A stretch of DNA of 64,000 nucleotides from an uncultured delta proteobacterium (GTDB taxonomy: Bacteria; Desulfobacterota; Binatia; UBA9968), in the NCBI GenBank assembly GCA_963816145.1, contig CAWFJP010000029.1, forward strand, positions 64,001 through 128,000, read 5' to 3'. Shown in pieces: positions 13,317 to 22,785 of the stretch. The notes below the pieces were generated by a model. It was not told where the DNA came from. It worked only from the letters and a program-made list of their open reading frames with translations, and made no database searches. Made by a program: the position numbers and the translations under genes. How positions within the stretch are numbered: the stretch's first letter is position 1; every line of letters begins with the position of its first letter.

Positions 13317-13554
13317 AATTTTTGCTTATGCACAGACGAGAAACCAGTTATATTCGTCGAGCGCGCGTGAAAGGGAATAACCTCGGAGGAAATCCGGAAT
13401 GCCCTGCGGAGTGTTCAGTAGCTTCTGGTCTTGCAGGAATTTTTCATATTCTTCTGGAGTATCTATCGCGACAAAGTCGAGATTTACTTTTAGCCCTAGC
13501 TTCGTAAACACAATGTGTAATTAAGCCGATCAACGTTGGGACATTAGTGAGAGT

Positions 13555-14583
13555 ATGCTTAAAATTACCTCGACACCCAAGAGAGTCATAAGAAAGTCTG
13601 CCAGGTTGGCATATTATGGTTTACTTCACAGGTTCTTACCAGATCCGCTATCTGATTCAATCTGTACCGTGATAGAGGCAAGCCCAACACTTGGTGATGT
13701 TCTTGGGGCGACTGAAACATCAAGAATGATTTCTGATCTCATCTCGTCTGAGCATCCGTTTCTTGTTGGCCGTTTCGGAGCCACCGAGATGCGCTTGCTA
13801 ATTAATTACTATTTCTCAGAGGTCAATGAGAACAAGTTTGGAAAATTGCTCGACTACCTGCTTTATGGCACTCGATATAATATCACTGAGAAAATGATGG
13901 AGAATGCCCAGACATGTTCGGGGATTTTTCCGCTGAAACTGAAGGACTTTCATGATTTCTGTCGCATTTACATTGATTCCGCTTTGGAGATTGACTTACT
14001 CGCCTCATGGTTGAAGGGCGAGAACTTATTTGTTGATCGTTCGCGAAGAATGATGAGCACAAGTCTCCCAAACATTGAACCTTACTATCACGAATCCCCT
14101 TGGTCCGCAGCCCTTGAGGGTCGAAAGGTATTAGTAATACATCCCTATGCTGAGTCGATCGAGCTTCAGTATCACAATCACCGTCAGATGCTATTTGAGA
14201 ATCCCAATGTTCTCCCTGACTTTGAGCTAGTTACATACAAGTCAGTCCAGTCTCTTGGAGGGCAAAAATCGGAATATAAATCGTGGACAGAAGCTATTGA
14301 GGCCATGAAGAATGACATACACAAGATCGAATTTGATATTGCCATTCTTGGATGTGGAGCCTACGGCTTGCCATTAGCATCTACGATCAAAAAGAATCTC
14401 AAAAAGCAAGCTATTCATTTAGGGGGAGCAACCCAAATCCTTTTTGGCATCAAGGGGTTAAGATGGGACAGGATGGAAGAGGTGTGTAAATTCTATAATA
14501 ATTATTGGACACGCCCCCTGCCACACGAGGTGCCAGAGGCTAGCAAGTTGTTTGAAGCTGTTGAAGGTAGTGGTTACTGGTGA
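13555..14583 (+). CDS. low-GC hypothetical protein of a type found in polysaccharide loci (possible GT-D-fold-related)
   Basis: 342 aa, AT-rich codons, C-terminal LGCGAYGLPLA..AIHLGGATQILFGIKG. Confidence 0.5.
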   Translation: MLKITSTPKRVIRKSARLAYYGLLHRFLPDPLSDSICTVIEASPTLGDVLGATETSRMISDLISSEHPFLVGRFGATEMRLLINYYFSEVNENKFGKLLDYLLYGTRYNITEKMMENAQTCSGIFPLKLKDFHDFCRIYIDSALEIDLLASWLKGENLFVDRSRRMMSTSLPNIEPYYHESPWSAALEGRKVLVIHPYAESIELQYHNHRQMLFENPNVLPDFELVTYKSVQSLGGQKSEYKSWTEAIEAMKNDIHKIEFDIAILGCGAYGLPLASTIKKNLKKQAIHLGGATQILFGIKGLRWDRMEEVCKFYNNYWTRPLPHEVPEASKLFEAVEGSGYW

Positions 14584-14910
14584 GCTATAATCAAAAAGAG
14601 TGGAAATAGAAAATAGGTGCCGTACCCTTTCGTGAAGATCAAAACGAAAGGCTGCCTGTTGAAGCAGCGGAACTTGTCAATAAAATGAGACACACCCGAA
14701 ATGGAAATTAGAGTACAACAACCTCACTCGATTGAATAAAAATAGCGATGATCTCAGGCAAGACGGGACTCTTGTTGAAGCTCCTGTTCGGTTAACTTAA
14801 ACGTGTCGACTCGGTAACCCGCCAGCTTGGTTAGGAAGAGCGGCTTCGGAATCCCTTAGGCTCGAAATTTCGTTAAAAATATACTAGTTGTACTCAGAGG
14901 CCGGTTGCAG

Positions 14911-15390
14911 ATGGGTGGCTGGACTATCGTTACAACTTCGCCGCGGCAAAGCCAAAATCTGGGACGAAACCTTGGGAAATTGGTTCAAGGCGGCGAGATC
15001 ATTGGTCTTGTCGGCGAGCTTGGTGCGGGCAAGACCTGCTTTGTGCGCGGTTTCGCTCAGGGGATCGAAGTAGGCGCTGATGCCTGGGTGCGCAGCCCGA
15101 CGTTTACTTTGATCAATGAGTACAGTGGACGGTTGCCGGTCTATCACATCGATCTATATCGGGTCGGCAAGCAGGCGGAAATCGACAGTCTCAATCTGCG
15201 CGAATATCTCTACGGCGACGGCGTTAGCTTGATCGAATGGTTCGAGTTCTTGCCCGCCCATGAGGTCGATGAGTATCTCGAGTTGCGCATTACGCATGGC
15301 GGCGGCAACCGGCGGGAGCTGAGGTTTGTTGCCCATGGTGCGCGATATGAAGTGTTAGTGCAAGCTTTGCGGTCCAAATGGAAAGTATAA
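14911..15390 (+). CDS. tsaE: t6A biosynthesis ATPase
   Basis: GELGAGKT, SPTFTL, HIDLYR, IEW. Confidence 0.96.
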   Translation: MGGWTIVTTSPRQSQNLGRNLGKLVQGGEIIGLVGELGAGKTCFVRGFAQGIEVGADAWVRSPTFTLINEYSGRLPVYHIDLYRVGKQAEIDSLNLREYLYGDGVSLIEWFEFLPAHEVDEYLELRITHGGGNRRELRFVAHGARYEVLVQALRSKWKV

Positions 15391-15520
15391 TTTTGGATTT
15401 TAGATTTTCGATTTTGGATTGTCGGAATGCGGTTGCGATTCGCTCTGCAAGGCTTGCATTACTATGTCCGAATTCCCCAATCCAAAAGCGGCCCCGCGGA
15501 CCAAAATCTAAAATCCAAAA
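15391..15520. repeat. inverted array of 7-nt TTTTGGA-type units
   Basis: ttttggattttagattttcgattttggatt ... caaaatctaaaatccaaaa. Confidence 0.8.
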
Positions 15521-15540
15521 TAGGTTGTGGGGTTAGGTAC

Positions 15541-16752
15541 GTGGCATTACTGGTGCAAAAATACGGCGGGACGTCCGTTGGCTCGATCGATAAGATCAAA
15601 AACGTCGCCGCGAAGGTTGCGGCGGCGAAGCGGGCCGGCAACGATGTCGTCGTGGTAGTTTCCGCCATGGCCGGCGAGACCAATCGGTTGATTGCGTTGG
15701 CACAGGAGATTTCCCGAATTCCTGACGAACGGGAAAAAGATGTCTTGATCGCCACCGGTGAACAAGTGACGGTGGCACTGTTGAGTTTGGCGCTCAAAGA
15801 GATCGGCCAGCCGGCACGCTCATACTTGGGCCATCAGGTGAGGATCGAGACCGACAATGCGTATGGCAAAGCGTGCATCTTGAGCATCGATTCGACCAAG
15901 ATCGTCCAGGCGCTCGGTGCCGGCGAGGTGGTCGTAGTCGCGGGCTTCCAAGGCGTCGATGAAAACGACAACATCACCACGCTTGGTCGTGGCGGCTCGG
16001 ACACCAGCGCGGTGGCGCTGGCGGCTTTTCTCAACGCCCAAGCCTGTGAGATTTACACCGATGTCGAAGGCGTTTTCACCACCGACCCGCGCATTTGTCC
16101 GCAGGCCAAGAAATTAAATAGAGTTTCTTATGACGAAATGATCGAGTTGGCCAGCACCGGCGCCAAAGTTCTAGAGATCCGTTCCGTCGAATTCGCGAAA
16201 AAATATGGTGTCCCGGTGCATGTCCGTTCGACCTTTTCCGAGGTCGAAGGCACTTGGCTGATCGAGGAGGACGAAAGTATGAGCGATGTATTAGTTTCCG
16301 GTGTTGCTTGCGATAAGAACGAAGCCAAGATTACCCTGGTCCGGGTGCCCGATCAGCCCGGTCTGGCGGCGCAGATATTCGGTCCCATCGCCGATGCTCA
16401 TATCGTCGTCGACATGATTATCCAGAACGCCAGCGAGGACGGCACGACGGATCTGACTTTCACTGTCCCCAAGGCCGATCATCAAAGGGCTCTCAGCATC
16501 GTCGAGAAATCCCTGCCGGAAGTGCATGCCAAAGGGGTGAGGGTCGATACCGATATTGCCAAGGTTTCCGTGGTTGGTGTCGGCATGCGGACGCACGCCG
16601 GCGTGGCGGCGACCATGTTCCACACGCTGGCGCGGGAGAAGATCAACATTCAAATGATTTCGACCTCGGAGATCAAAATTTCCGTGGTGGTCGGCGCTAA
16701 GCAGTCGGATCAAGCGGTGCGCGCATTGCATCAGGCCTTCATCACGAATTAG
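15541..16752 (+). CDS. lysC: aspartate kinase
   Basis: GTG start, VQKYGGTSV, TLGRGGSDTSA, two ACT domains, ISTSEIKIS. Confidence 0.97.
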   Translation: MALLVQKYGGTSVGSIDKIKNVAAKVAAAKRAGNDVVVVVSAMAGETNRLIALAQEISRIPDEREKDVLIATGEQVTVALLSLALKEIGQPARSYLGHQVRIETDNAYGKACILSIDSTKIVQALGAGEVVVVAGFQGVDENDNITTLGRGGSDTSAVALAAFLNAQACEIYTDVEGVFTTDPRICPQAKKLNRVSYDEMIELASTGAKVLEIRSVEFAKKYGVPVHVRSTFSEVEGTWLIEEDESMSDVLVSGVACDKNEAKITLVRVPDQPGLAAQIFGPIADAHIVVDMIIQNASEDGTTDLTFTVPKADHQRALSIVEKSLPEVHAKGVRVDTDIAKVSVVGVGMRTHAGVAATMFHTLAREKINIQMISTSEIKISVVVGAKQSDQAVRALHQAFITN

Positions 16753-16760
16753 AGGAAGTT

Positions 16761-18341
16761 ATGAAAGATGTTTTGCTTTATGACACAACCCTGAGAGACG
16801 GCTGCCAAGCCGAAGATGTTTCATTTACGCTCGAGGACAAGCTGCGCATCGCCGCGAAATTGGACGAACTCGGCATCGATTACATCGAAGGCGGTTATCC
16901 CGGCTCCAACGACCGCGACGCCGATTTTTTCAAGCGCGTCAAAAAACTCAAGCTCAAGAACGCCAAGGTGGCGTCCTTCGGCACGACCATGAAGGTCGGC
17001 ATCAAGCCATCGCAGGATTTCAATCTTCGAGTGCTGCTCGAAGCCGATACCCCGGTGGTGACTTTGGTTGGCAAGACTTGGGACTTGCATGTACGCGACG
17101 ACTTGCGCATCAGCCAGAAGGCCAATCTGGAGATCATCGCCGACTCCATCGCCTATATGAAGAAGCGGGTCGATGAAGTGATCTTCGACGCCGAGCACTT
17201 CTTCGATGGGTTCAGAGCCAATCCCGACTACGCCATCGAGTGTCTGAAAGCGGCGCAGGATGGCGGCGCGGATTGGATCGTCCTGTGCGAGACCAATGGC
17301 GGGCGCTTGCCTGGCGATATTCGCGAAGCACTGACTCAGGTCAACCGCGCGGTGAAGACGCCGCTGGGGATTCACTGCCACAACGACGGCGAGCTGGCGG
17401 TGGCCAATACGCTCGCCGGCGTGGAGATGGGCGTGACCCAGGTGCAGGGCACCATCAATGGCTTCGGCGAACGCTGCGGCAACATGAATTTGATTTCGGT
17501 AATCGCCAACATGCAGCTTAAGATGGGCAAAAAATGCGTGACGCCGGCGCAGTTGAAAAAACTCCGCGAAGTCTCGCAGCTGTTTTATGAGCTGGCCAAT
17601 ATCAATCCGAATAAACGCCAAGCCTATGTTGGCGACAGTGCGTTCGCCCACAAAGGCGGTTTGCATGTTTCCGGCGTGCTCAAGAACCGCGAGACCTACG
17701 AGCATATCGATCCCGAAGTGGTCGGCAACCGCCAGCGGGTTTTGGTTTCTGATCTTTCCGGCCGCAGCAACGTCGTCTACAAAGGCAAAGAGTACGGCAT
17801 CGATTTGACGGACAAGAACGACGCGATCAAAGAGGTGCTGCGCCGGACCAAGGAGCTTGAGGGCCAAGGTTACGAGTATCAAGCCGCGGAAGCTTCTTTC
17901 GAGTTGTTGATTCAAGAAGCGCTGGGCAAGAAAAAGAAAAATTTCAGTTTGATCGGTTTCCGGGTGATCGATGAAAAACGCAAAGAAGGCGAGCCGCCGA
18001 TGTCCGAGGCAACGATTCAAGTGCAGGTCGACGGGGAGATGGAGCATGCGGCGGCCATGGGCAACGGTCCGGTGAACGCGCTGGACCAAGCGCTGCGCCG
18101 AGCGCTGACCAAATTCTACCCGGCGCTCAAGCAAGTCGAGTTGCTCGATTACAAAGTCCGGGTGCTGTCTTCCGGCGAAGGCACCGGCGCGGTGGTGCGA
18201 GTGCTGATCGAATCGGGCGACGGCAAGGACCGCTGGGGCACCGTCGGGGTCTCGCACGATCTCATCGAGGCGAGCTGGCAAGCGCTGGTCGACAGCATCG
18301 ACTACAAGTTGTACAAGGATGCGCGGCATAGGGCGAATTAG
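16761..18341 (+). CDS. cimA: citramalate synthase
   Basis: YDTTLRDG, GKTWDLHV, DAEHFFDG, HCHND, AFAHKGGLH, LeuA-type regulatory domain. Confidence 0.93.
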   Translation: MKDVLLYDTTLRDGCQAEDVSFTLEDKLRIAAKLDELGIDYIEGGYPGSNDRDADFFKRVKKLKLKNAKVASFGTTMKVGIKPSQDFNLRVLLEADTPVVTLVGKTWDLHVRDDLRISQKANLEIIADSIAYMKKRVDEVIFDAEHFFDGFRANPDYAIECLKAAQDGGADWIVLCETNGGRLPGDIREALTQVNRAVKTPLGIHCHNDGELAVANTLAGVEMGVTQVQGTINGFGERCGNMNLISVIANMQLKMGKKCVTPAQLKKLREVSQLFYELANINPNKRQAYVGDSAFAHKGGLHVSGVLKNRETYEHIDPEVVGNRQRVLVSDLSGRSNVVYKGKEYGIDLTDKNDAIKEVLRRTKELEGQGYEYQAAEASFELLIQEALGKKKKNFSLIGFRVIDEKRKEGEPPMSEATIQVQVDGEMEHAAAMGNGPVNALDQALRRALTKFYPALKQVELLDYKVRVLSSGEGTGAVVRVLIESGDGKDRWGTVGVSHDLIEASWQALVDSIDYKLYKDARHRAN

Positions 18342-18346
18342 GGGGA

Positions 18347-18426
18347 AGGCAATAGGCAATAGGCATCAGGCAATAGTAAGATTCAGGATTCCAAATCTAT
18401 TGCCTGATGCCTATTGCCTGTTGCCT
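18347..18426. repeat. inverted array of 7-nt AGGCAAT units
   Basis: aggcaataggcaataggcatcaggcaatag ... ctattgcctgatgcctattgcctgttgcct. Confidence 0.85.
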
Positions 18427-18433
18427 GCTTTCC

Positions 18434-19168
18434 ATGTGGCACACGATTAAAGAAGACTTTCAGGTGATTTCGCAGCGTGACCCGGCGTTGCGTTCGGTCT
18501 GGGAGATCGTGCTGGCCTATCCGGGATTTCATGCGATCGTGCTGCACCGCATGGCGCATGCGCTGTGGCGCCAGGGGCTGACGACGTTGGCTCGCTTCGT
18601 GAGCCATGTGGGCCGATTCCTTACCGGTATCGAGATTCACCCGGGAGCTAAAGTCGGCCGGCGCTTCTTCATCGATCACGGCATGGGCGTGGTGATCGGC
18701 GAGACCGCCGAGATCGGCGACGACGTCACCATTTATCAAGGCGTCACGCTCGGCGGCACCTCGACTCAGCGCATCAAGCGCCATCCGACCATTGAGGATT
18801 CCGTGACGATTTTCAGCGGCGCGGCGGTGCTCGGCCCGGTGACGGTCGGGCGTCATAGCCGAGTCGGCGCTGGCTCGGTGCTCGTCACTTCGGTGCCGGC
18901 CCATTCCACTGTGGTCGGTATTCCCGGCAAAGTGGTCAAAGTCGAAGCGCAGCACACGCCGGCGGGCAAGGCGATCATCGATCTAAATTCCGCCGACCTG
19001 CCCGATCCCATCGCCAAGGCTTTGAGCGCGGTGGGCGATTACATTGAAAAGCTGGAAAAGAAGGTCGACGAGCTGAGCGCGCGTCAAGGCGGGCTCGAAG
19101 AGAAAACCGCGGAAGAGACCGAAGAGATCAATCGGATCAAAGAAGTGCTGCGCAATACCGGAAGTTGA
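18434..19168 (+). CDS. cysE: serine O-acetyltransferase
   Basis: [33 protein letters not shown]. Confidence 0.96.
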   Translation: MWHTIKEDFQVISQRDPALRSVWEIVLAYPGFHAIVLHRMAHALWRQGLTTLARFVSHVGRFLTGIEIHPGAKVGRRFFIDHGMGVVIGETAEIGDDVTIYQGVTLGGTSTQRIKRHPTIEDSVTIFSGAAVLGPVTVGRHSRVGAGSVLVTSVPAHSTVVGIPGKVVKVEAQHTPAGKAIIDLNSADLPDPIAKALSAVGDYIEKLEKKVDELSARQGGLEEKTAEETEEINRIKEVLRNTGS

Positions 19169-19278
19169 ATCGAAGGCACTCGGCAATAGTCTGGATCGTC
19201 TGAACCTTTAGCTTGTTTGGTTCCAATTGTTCCCGACGTTCCAATGGTTCCAGGAAGAATAACTCGGTTACGTAAGTC

Positions 19279-20345
19279 ATGAACCCACCGCGTAAAAAAA
19301 TTGTCGTGGCCATGAGCGGCGGAGTCGATAGCTCGGTGACCGCGGCGCTGTTGGTGGAGCAGGGGCTATGAGGTCCTCGGCGTCTCGCTGCGCATGTGGG
19401 AGGGCGAGAAGGGGCCTCGCGTCTGCTCGGATCATCGCGGCGCGGCAGGAAGTGGCCAAGCATCTGGGCATCCCGCACACGTTGATCGATTTGCGTGAGC
19501 AATTCGCCAACACCGTGGTCAAGCCATTCGCTCAAGACTACCTGCACGGTCGCACGCCCAACCCCTGCGTCGCGTGCAACCGGGATTTTAAGCTCGGCAC
19601 GCTGTTGCGCTGGGCCGAAGAGCAAGGCGCGGCTGGTGTCGCCACCGGTCATTACGCACGGGTGAGCAGCGATCCGGCGACCGGGCACGTCTCCCTTCAA
19701 CGCGGTGTCGATGCCGGCAAAGACCAGTCGTATTTTCTTTTCGCGCTGTCGCAATCGCAATTGTCGCGAACCCTGTTTCCCCTGGGCGAGATGTATAAGA
19801 GCGCCGTGCGCGAGAAAGCCCGGCAGTTGAACTTACCCGCGGCGGAGCGGCCGGAGAGCCAGGATATCTGTTTCGGTGATTACAAGGCCCTGGTTGCCAG
19901 CTACGCGGCGCCGAGTGATTTGGGCGGTGGCAATGTCGTCGACGGATCGGGCAAAGTGCTTGGGCACCATGGCGGTATTCACACCGTGACGGTTGGGCAG
20001 CGGCGAGGCTTGGGCATCTCGGCGTCGCAACCGCTCTACGTCGTCGACATCGACGCTGCTTCGAAGCGCGTCGTGGTTGGCAGCAAGACCGATTTGAACT
20101 GCAAAGGTCTGATAGCGCGCTCGGTGAATTGGCTCGAAGCGCCGGGCGATACGGCCGTCGCCGCCGCAGTGCAGATTCGCTATCGCGCCCAGGCGGTGGC
20201 TTGCGTGATTCAACCCATGGCCGACGGTCGTTGCGAAGTGCGCTTCGAGAGTCCTTTGCCGGCCGTCACGCCCGGACAAGCGGCGGTTTTTTATCGAGGC
20301 GATCAGGTGCTGGGCGGCGGCTGGATCGAGCGTGCGCTGCGTTAG
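19279..20345 (+). CDS. mnmA: tRNA 2-thiouridylase MnmA with two apparent +1 frameshifts (~19363, ~19444)
   Basis: ATG 19279 reads VVAMSGGVDSS; downstream frame has TPNPCVACN, ATGHY, KDQSYFL, ESQDICF, VTPGQAAVFY. Confidence 0.92.
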
Positions 20346-20369
20346 CGCAGCGCACGCGATTACATATTA

Positions 20370-20434
20370 CAAATTCCAAATTGCAAATTTCCGGATCCGA
20401 GGAATATGGAATATGGAATCTGTAATTTGGAATT
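20370..20434. repeat. inverted array of 7-nt CAAATTC-type units
   Basis: caaattccaaattgcaaattt ... aatatggaatatggaatctgtaatttggaattt. Confidence 0.75.
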
Positions 20435-20449
20435 TCACGAAGTGAACCG

Positions 20450-21784
20450 ATGAAGATCGCGATTACTACCTTGGGTTGCAAGATCAACCAGTACGACTCG
20501 GCGGTGATTCAAAACCGTTTGGAGAACAAGCATTCGTTCGTGCCCTTCGACGACGCGGCGGACTGCTACGTGATCAATACTTGCACGGTTACCGACCGCG
20601 CCGATTGGGAAGCCCGCCAGTTGGTGCGCCGCGCCAAGCGCCGGAATCCCGGCGCCAAGGTGCTGGTCACGGGTTGCTATGCCCAGGTCAATCCCGATGA
20701 GGTCGCGCGCGTGGCGGGCGTCGATTATGTCGTCGGCCTAAACCGACTGGATGATTTGCTTCGTTACGTCGAGTCTGCTCCGCTGGGAGAAACCCAAGTG
20801 TCGGTGAGTGACGTCAAGCGCGAGCGCGGTGTGCCGGTGCTAGGGACGCGGGCGCTGCCCGGCCATACGCGAGCTTTTTTGAAAATTCAGGAGGGCTGCA
20901 ACTACACCTGTACCTATTGCATCATTCCGACGGCGCGCGGACTGAGCCGCAGCGTGACGCCGCGGCAGGTCTTGGAGCAAGTGCGCCAGTTGGCCGGCGC
21001 GGGTTACCAAGAGATTGTCCTCACCGGCATTCATCTAGGTGGCTACGGCCAGGATCTCCAGCCGAAACTTGATTTAACCGCATTGGTCGAGCAGATCGCC
21101 GAGAGCGGACTGATGGCGCGTATTCGTCTGAGTTCTCTTGACCCGCGCGAAGTGCCAGACCGATTGCTCGACCTGATGGCGCGTTCGGTAACCATCTGCC
21201 CGCATCTGCACATCTGCGCCCAGGCGGGCGACGACGCGATCCTCAAAGCGATGCGGCGCAACTACGACACCGCCTACTATCGCGACCTGCTCGCGCGGGT
21301 GCGCGAGCGCTTGCCCGAGGCAGCGCTGGGCAGCGATATCATCGTCGGCTTTCCCGGCGAGAGCCCGGCGCAGTTCGAATCTTCGTTGGCATATTTTGAC
21401 TCTTTGCCGTTGACTTATTTCCACGTCTTTCCCTATTCGGCGCGGCGCGGCACGGCGGCGACGGCGTTGCTGAATTCTGTGCCGGCGGCGGAAAAAAAGC
21501 TGCGCGCGCAACGCATGCGTGAATTGGGCGCGCGCAAGAAGCAGGAGTTTTGCTCCGGCTTTGCCGGCCGCCAGGTCACCGTTCTTATCGAGGGGAAAAT
21601 CGACAAGGCGAGCGGTGCTCAGCGCGGCTTCAGCCGCAATTACCTGCCCGTCGCGCTCGCCGGCGGCGGCGAGCGCGCCAACTGTGAAGTTACGGTGCGT
21701 TTGGGCGAGTACCGCAACGGTTGGCTCCGCGGCATCACCGACGCGCCCGTGGGCGAGCGAAACCCGTCCGCCGCGCTTTCTTAA
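20450..21784 (+). CDS. mtaB: tRNA t6A methylthiotransferase
   Basis: TLGCKINQY, NTCTVT, TGCYAQ, radical SAM motif CNYTCTYC. Confidence 0.95.
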   Translation: MKIAITTLGCKINQYDSAVIQNRLENKHSFVPFDDAADCYVINTCTVTDRADWEARQLVRRAKRRNPGAKVLVTGCYAQVNPDEVARVAGVDYVVGLNRLDDLLRYVESAPLGETQVSVSDVKRERGVPVLGTRALPGHTRAFLKIQEGCNYTCTYCIIPTARGLSRSVTPRQVLEQVRQLAGAGYQEIVLTGIHLGGYGQDLQPKLDLTALVEQIAESGLMARIRLSSLDPREVPDRLLDLMARSVTICPHLHICAQAGDDAILKAMRRNYDTAYYRDLLARVRERLPEAALGSDIIVGFPGESPAQFESSLAYFDSLPLTYFHVFPYSARRGTAATALLNSVPAAEKKLRAQRMRELGARKKQEFCSGFAGRQVTVLIEGKIDKASGAQRGFSRNYLPVALAGGGERANCEVTVRLGEYRNGWLRGITDAPVGERNPSAALS

Positions 21785-21791
21785 GACGGAT

Positions 21792-22481
21792 TTGGATACC
21801 GACGATCAACTTAATCTGTTACGGCGTGAACTGGGCTATACTTTCAAAGATCCCGGTTTATTGCGGCGTGCCCTCACCCATGTGTCCTACGACCGCCATA
21901 AGCGCGGCGATCATAACGAGGTCCTGGAATTTCTCGGCGACGCGGTGCTCGACCTGGCGGTGAGCGATTTGTTGATGCAGCATAATCCCGACAAGACCGA
22001 GGGCGACCTGTCGCGCATGCGCGCGGCACTGGTGAATTCCACGGTGCTGGCGGAAAAGGCCGGCGAGCTCAATCTCGGCGCGCTCCTGCGCCTGGGTAAG
22101 GGCGAAGAGCGCAGCGAGGGGCGCAGCAAACCGTCGATATTAGCCGGCGCGTTCGAAGCGATCCTCGGCGCGGTATACCGCGACGGCGGTTACGAAGCGG
22201 CTCGCGGCGTCGTCGAGCGGTTTTTTCTTCACGAGGTTACCGGCAAGCAGCTGGGCCAGCAAGACTATAAGACCCGGTTACAAGAAATCAGCCAGATGCT
22301 GTTTCACGCCCCGCCCAGCTATCGCATCGTTGCCGAAGCCGGTCCCGATCACGAGAAACTTTTTGTCACCGAGATCACGGTGGGCGGTCAGGTGTTGGGC
22401 CGGGGCGAGGGGAAGAGCAAAAAAGTTTCCGAGCAGGAAGCGGCTCGAATAGCGTTGCTGGAGCTGCAGCAGTCCCGGTAA
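21792..22481 (+). CDS. rnc: ribonuclease III
   Basis: NEVLEFLGDAVL, FEAILGA, dsRBD DYKTRLQE..GKSKK; TTG start inferred. Confidence 0.96.
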   Translation: MDTDDQLNLLRRELGYTFKDPGLLRRALTHVSYDRHKRGDHNEVLEFLGDAVLDLAVSDLLMQHNPDKTEGDLSRMRAALVNSTVLAEKAGELNLGALLRLGKGEERSEGRSKPSILAGAFEAILGAVYRDGGYEAARGVVERFFLHEVTGKQLGQQDYKTRLQEISQMLFHAPPSYRIVAEAGPDHEKLFVTEITVGGQVLGRGEGKSKKVSEQEAARIALLELQQSR

Positions 22482-22490
22482 ACTAAACAA

Positions 22491-22684
22491 CCCTCGGCTT
22501 TAAGCGGGGGGGGGTTCTATATTTGTCGACTGGAAGTCGACTCTTCGGGGCCGTCATTCCGGCGTAGGCCGGAATCCAGGTTCCGTTTGGCCTTGAAGCG
22601 CGCGCGAAGATGGATGCCGGCCTGCGCCGGCATGACAAACCCTCTCTTCGCCTCAAGGCGAGGGAGTTCAACCATTCCCGAGAG
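22491..22684. repeat. ~200-bp palindrome-rich repeat element, copy 1
   Basis: Contains gtcattccggc..gccggaatcc and gatgccggc..gccggcatgac; homologous to the reverse complement of 28713-28951. Confidence 0.85.
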
Positions 22685-22785
22685 CGACATTAATCGTGTT
22701 CCTGGCTCGTGATAGTCTCGTAGGAAAGCCGAAAGTCATTTTCCGAGATACGCGCAGCAAAAACGAACACGATCACGATTTTCAC

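Larger units (their letters stand above)
11018..13530 (-). pseudogene. GT1-type (RhlB-like) glycosyltransferase, IS-interrupted and frameshifted
   Basis: Fragments LDFVAIDTPEEYEKF (13326-13511), IHHGGLATLACALETGIPQLVLP (11211-11843) and DNAERLQRLGVAEFL (11018-11257) are collinear once the IS is removed; N-terminus missing. Confidence 0.75.
9743..14900. mobile_element. small genomic island between nnr and tsaE
   Basis: Contains a TA pair, an IS, a pseudogene and a low-GC ORF between two genes that are usually neighbours; boundaries approximate. Confidence 0.65.

Noticed and set aside
14669-14695. ggaacttgtcaataaaatgagaca as an IS end
   Set aside because: Only vaguely IS3-like; no partner repeat or transposase found.
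15427-15540. N-terminal extension of aspartate kinase in the ORF track
   Set aside because: It runs through a repeat array; the conserved start is GTG 15541. Similar spurious extensions affect nnr, cysE, rnc and cox I.
16821-18359. 512-aa antisense ORF
   Set aside because: Shadow of cimA on the opposite strand; no motifs and expected in GC-rich coding DNA. The same applies to most short overlapping ORFs in the track.
19368-19370. TGA early in mnmA as selenocysteine
   Set aside because: The conserved sequence resumes in another frame, so this is a frameshift rather than read-through.
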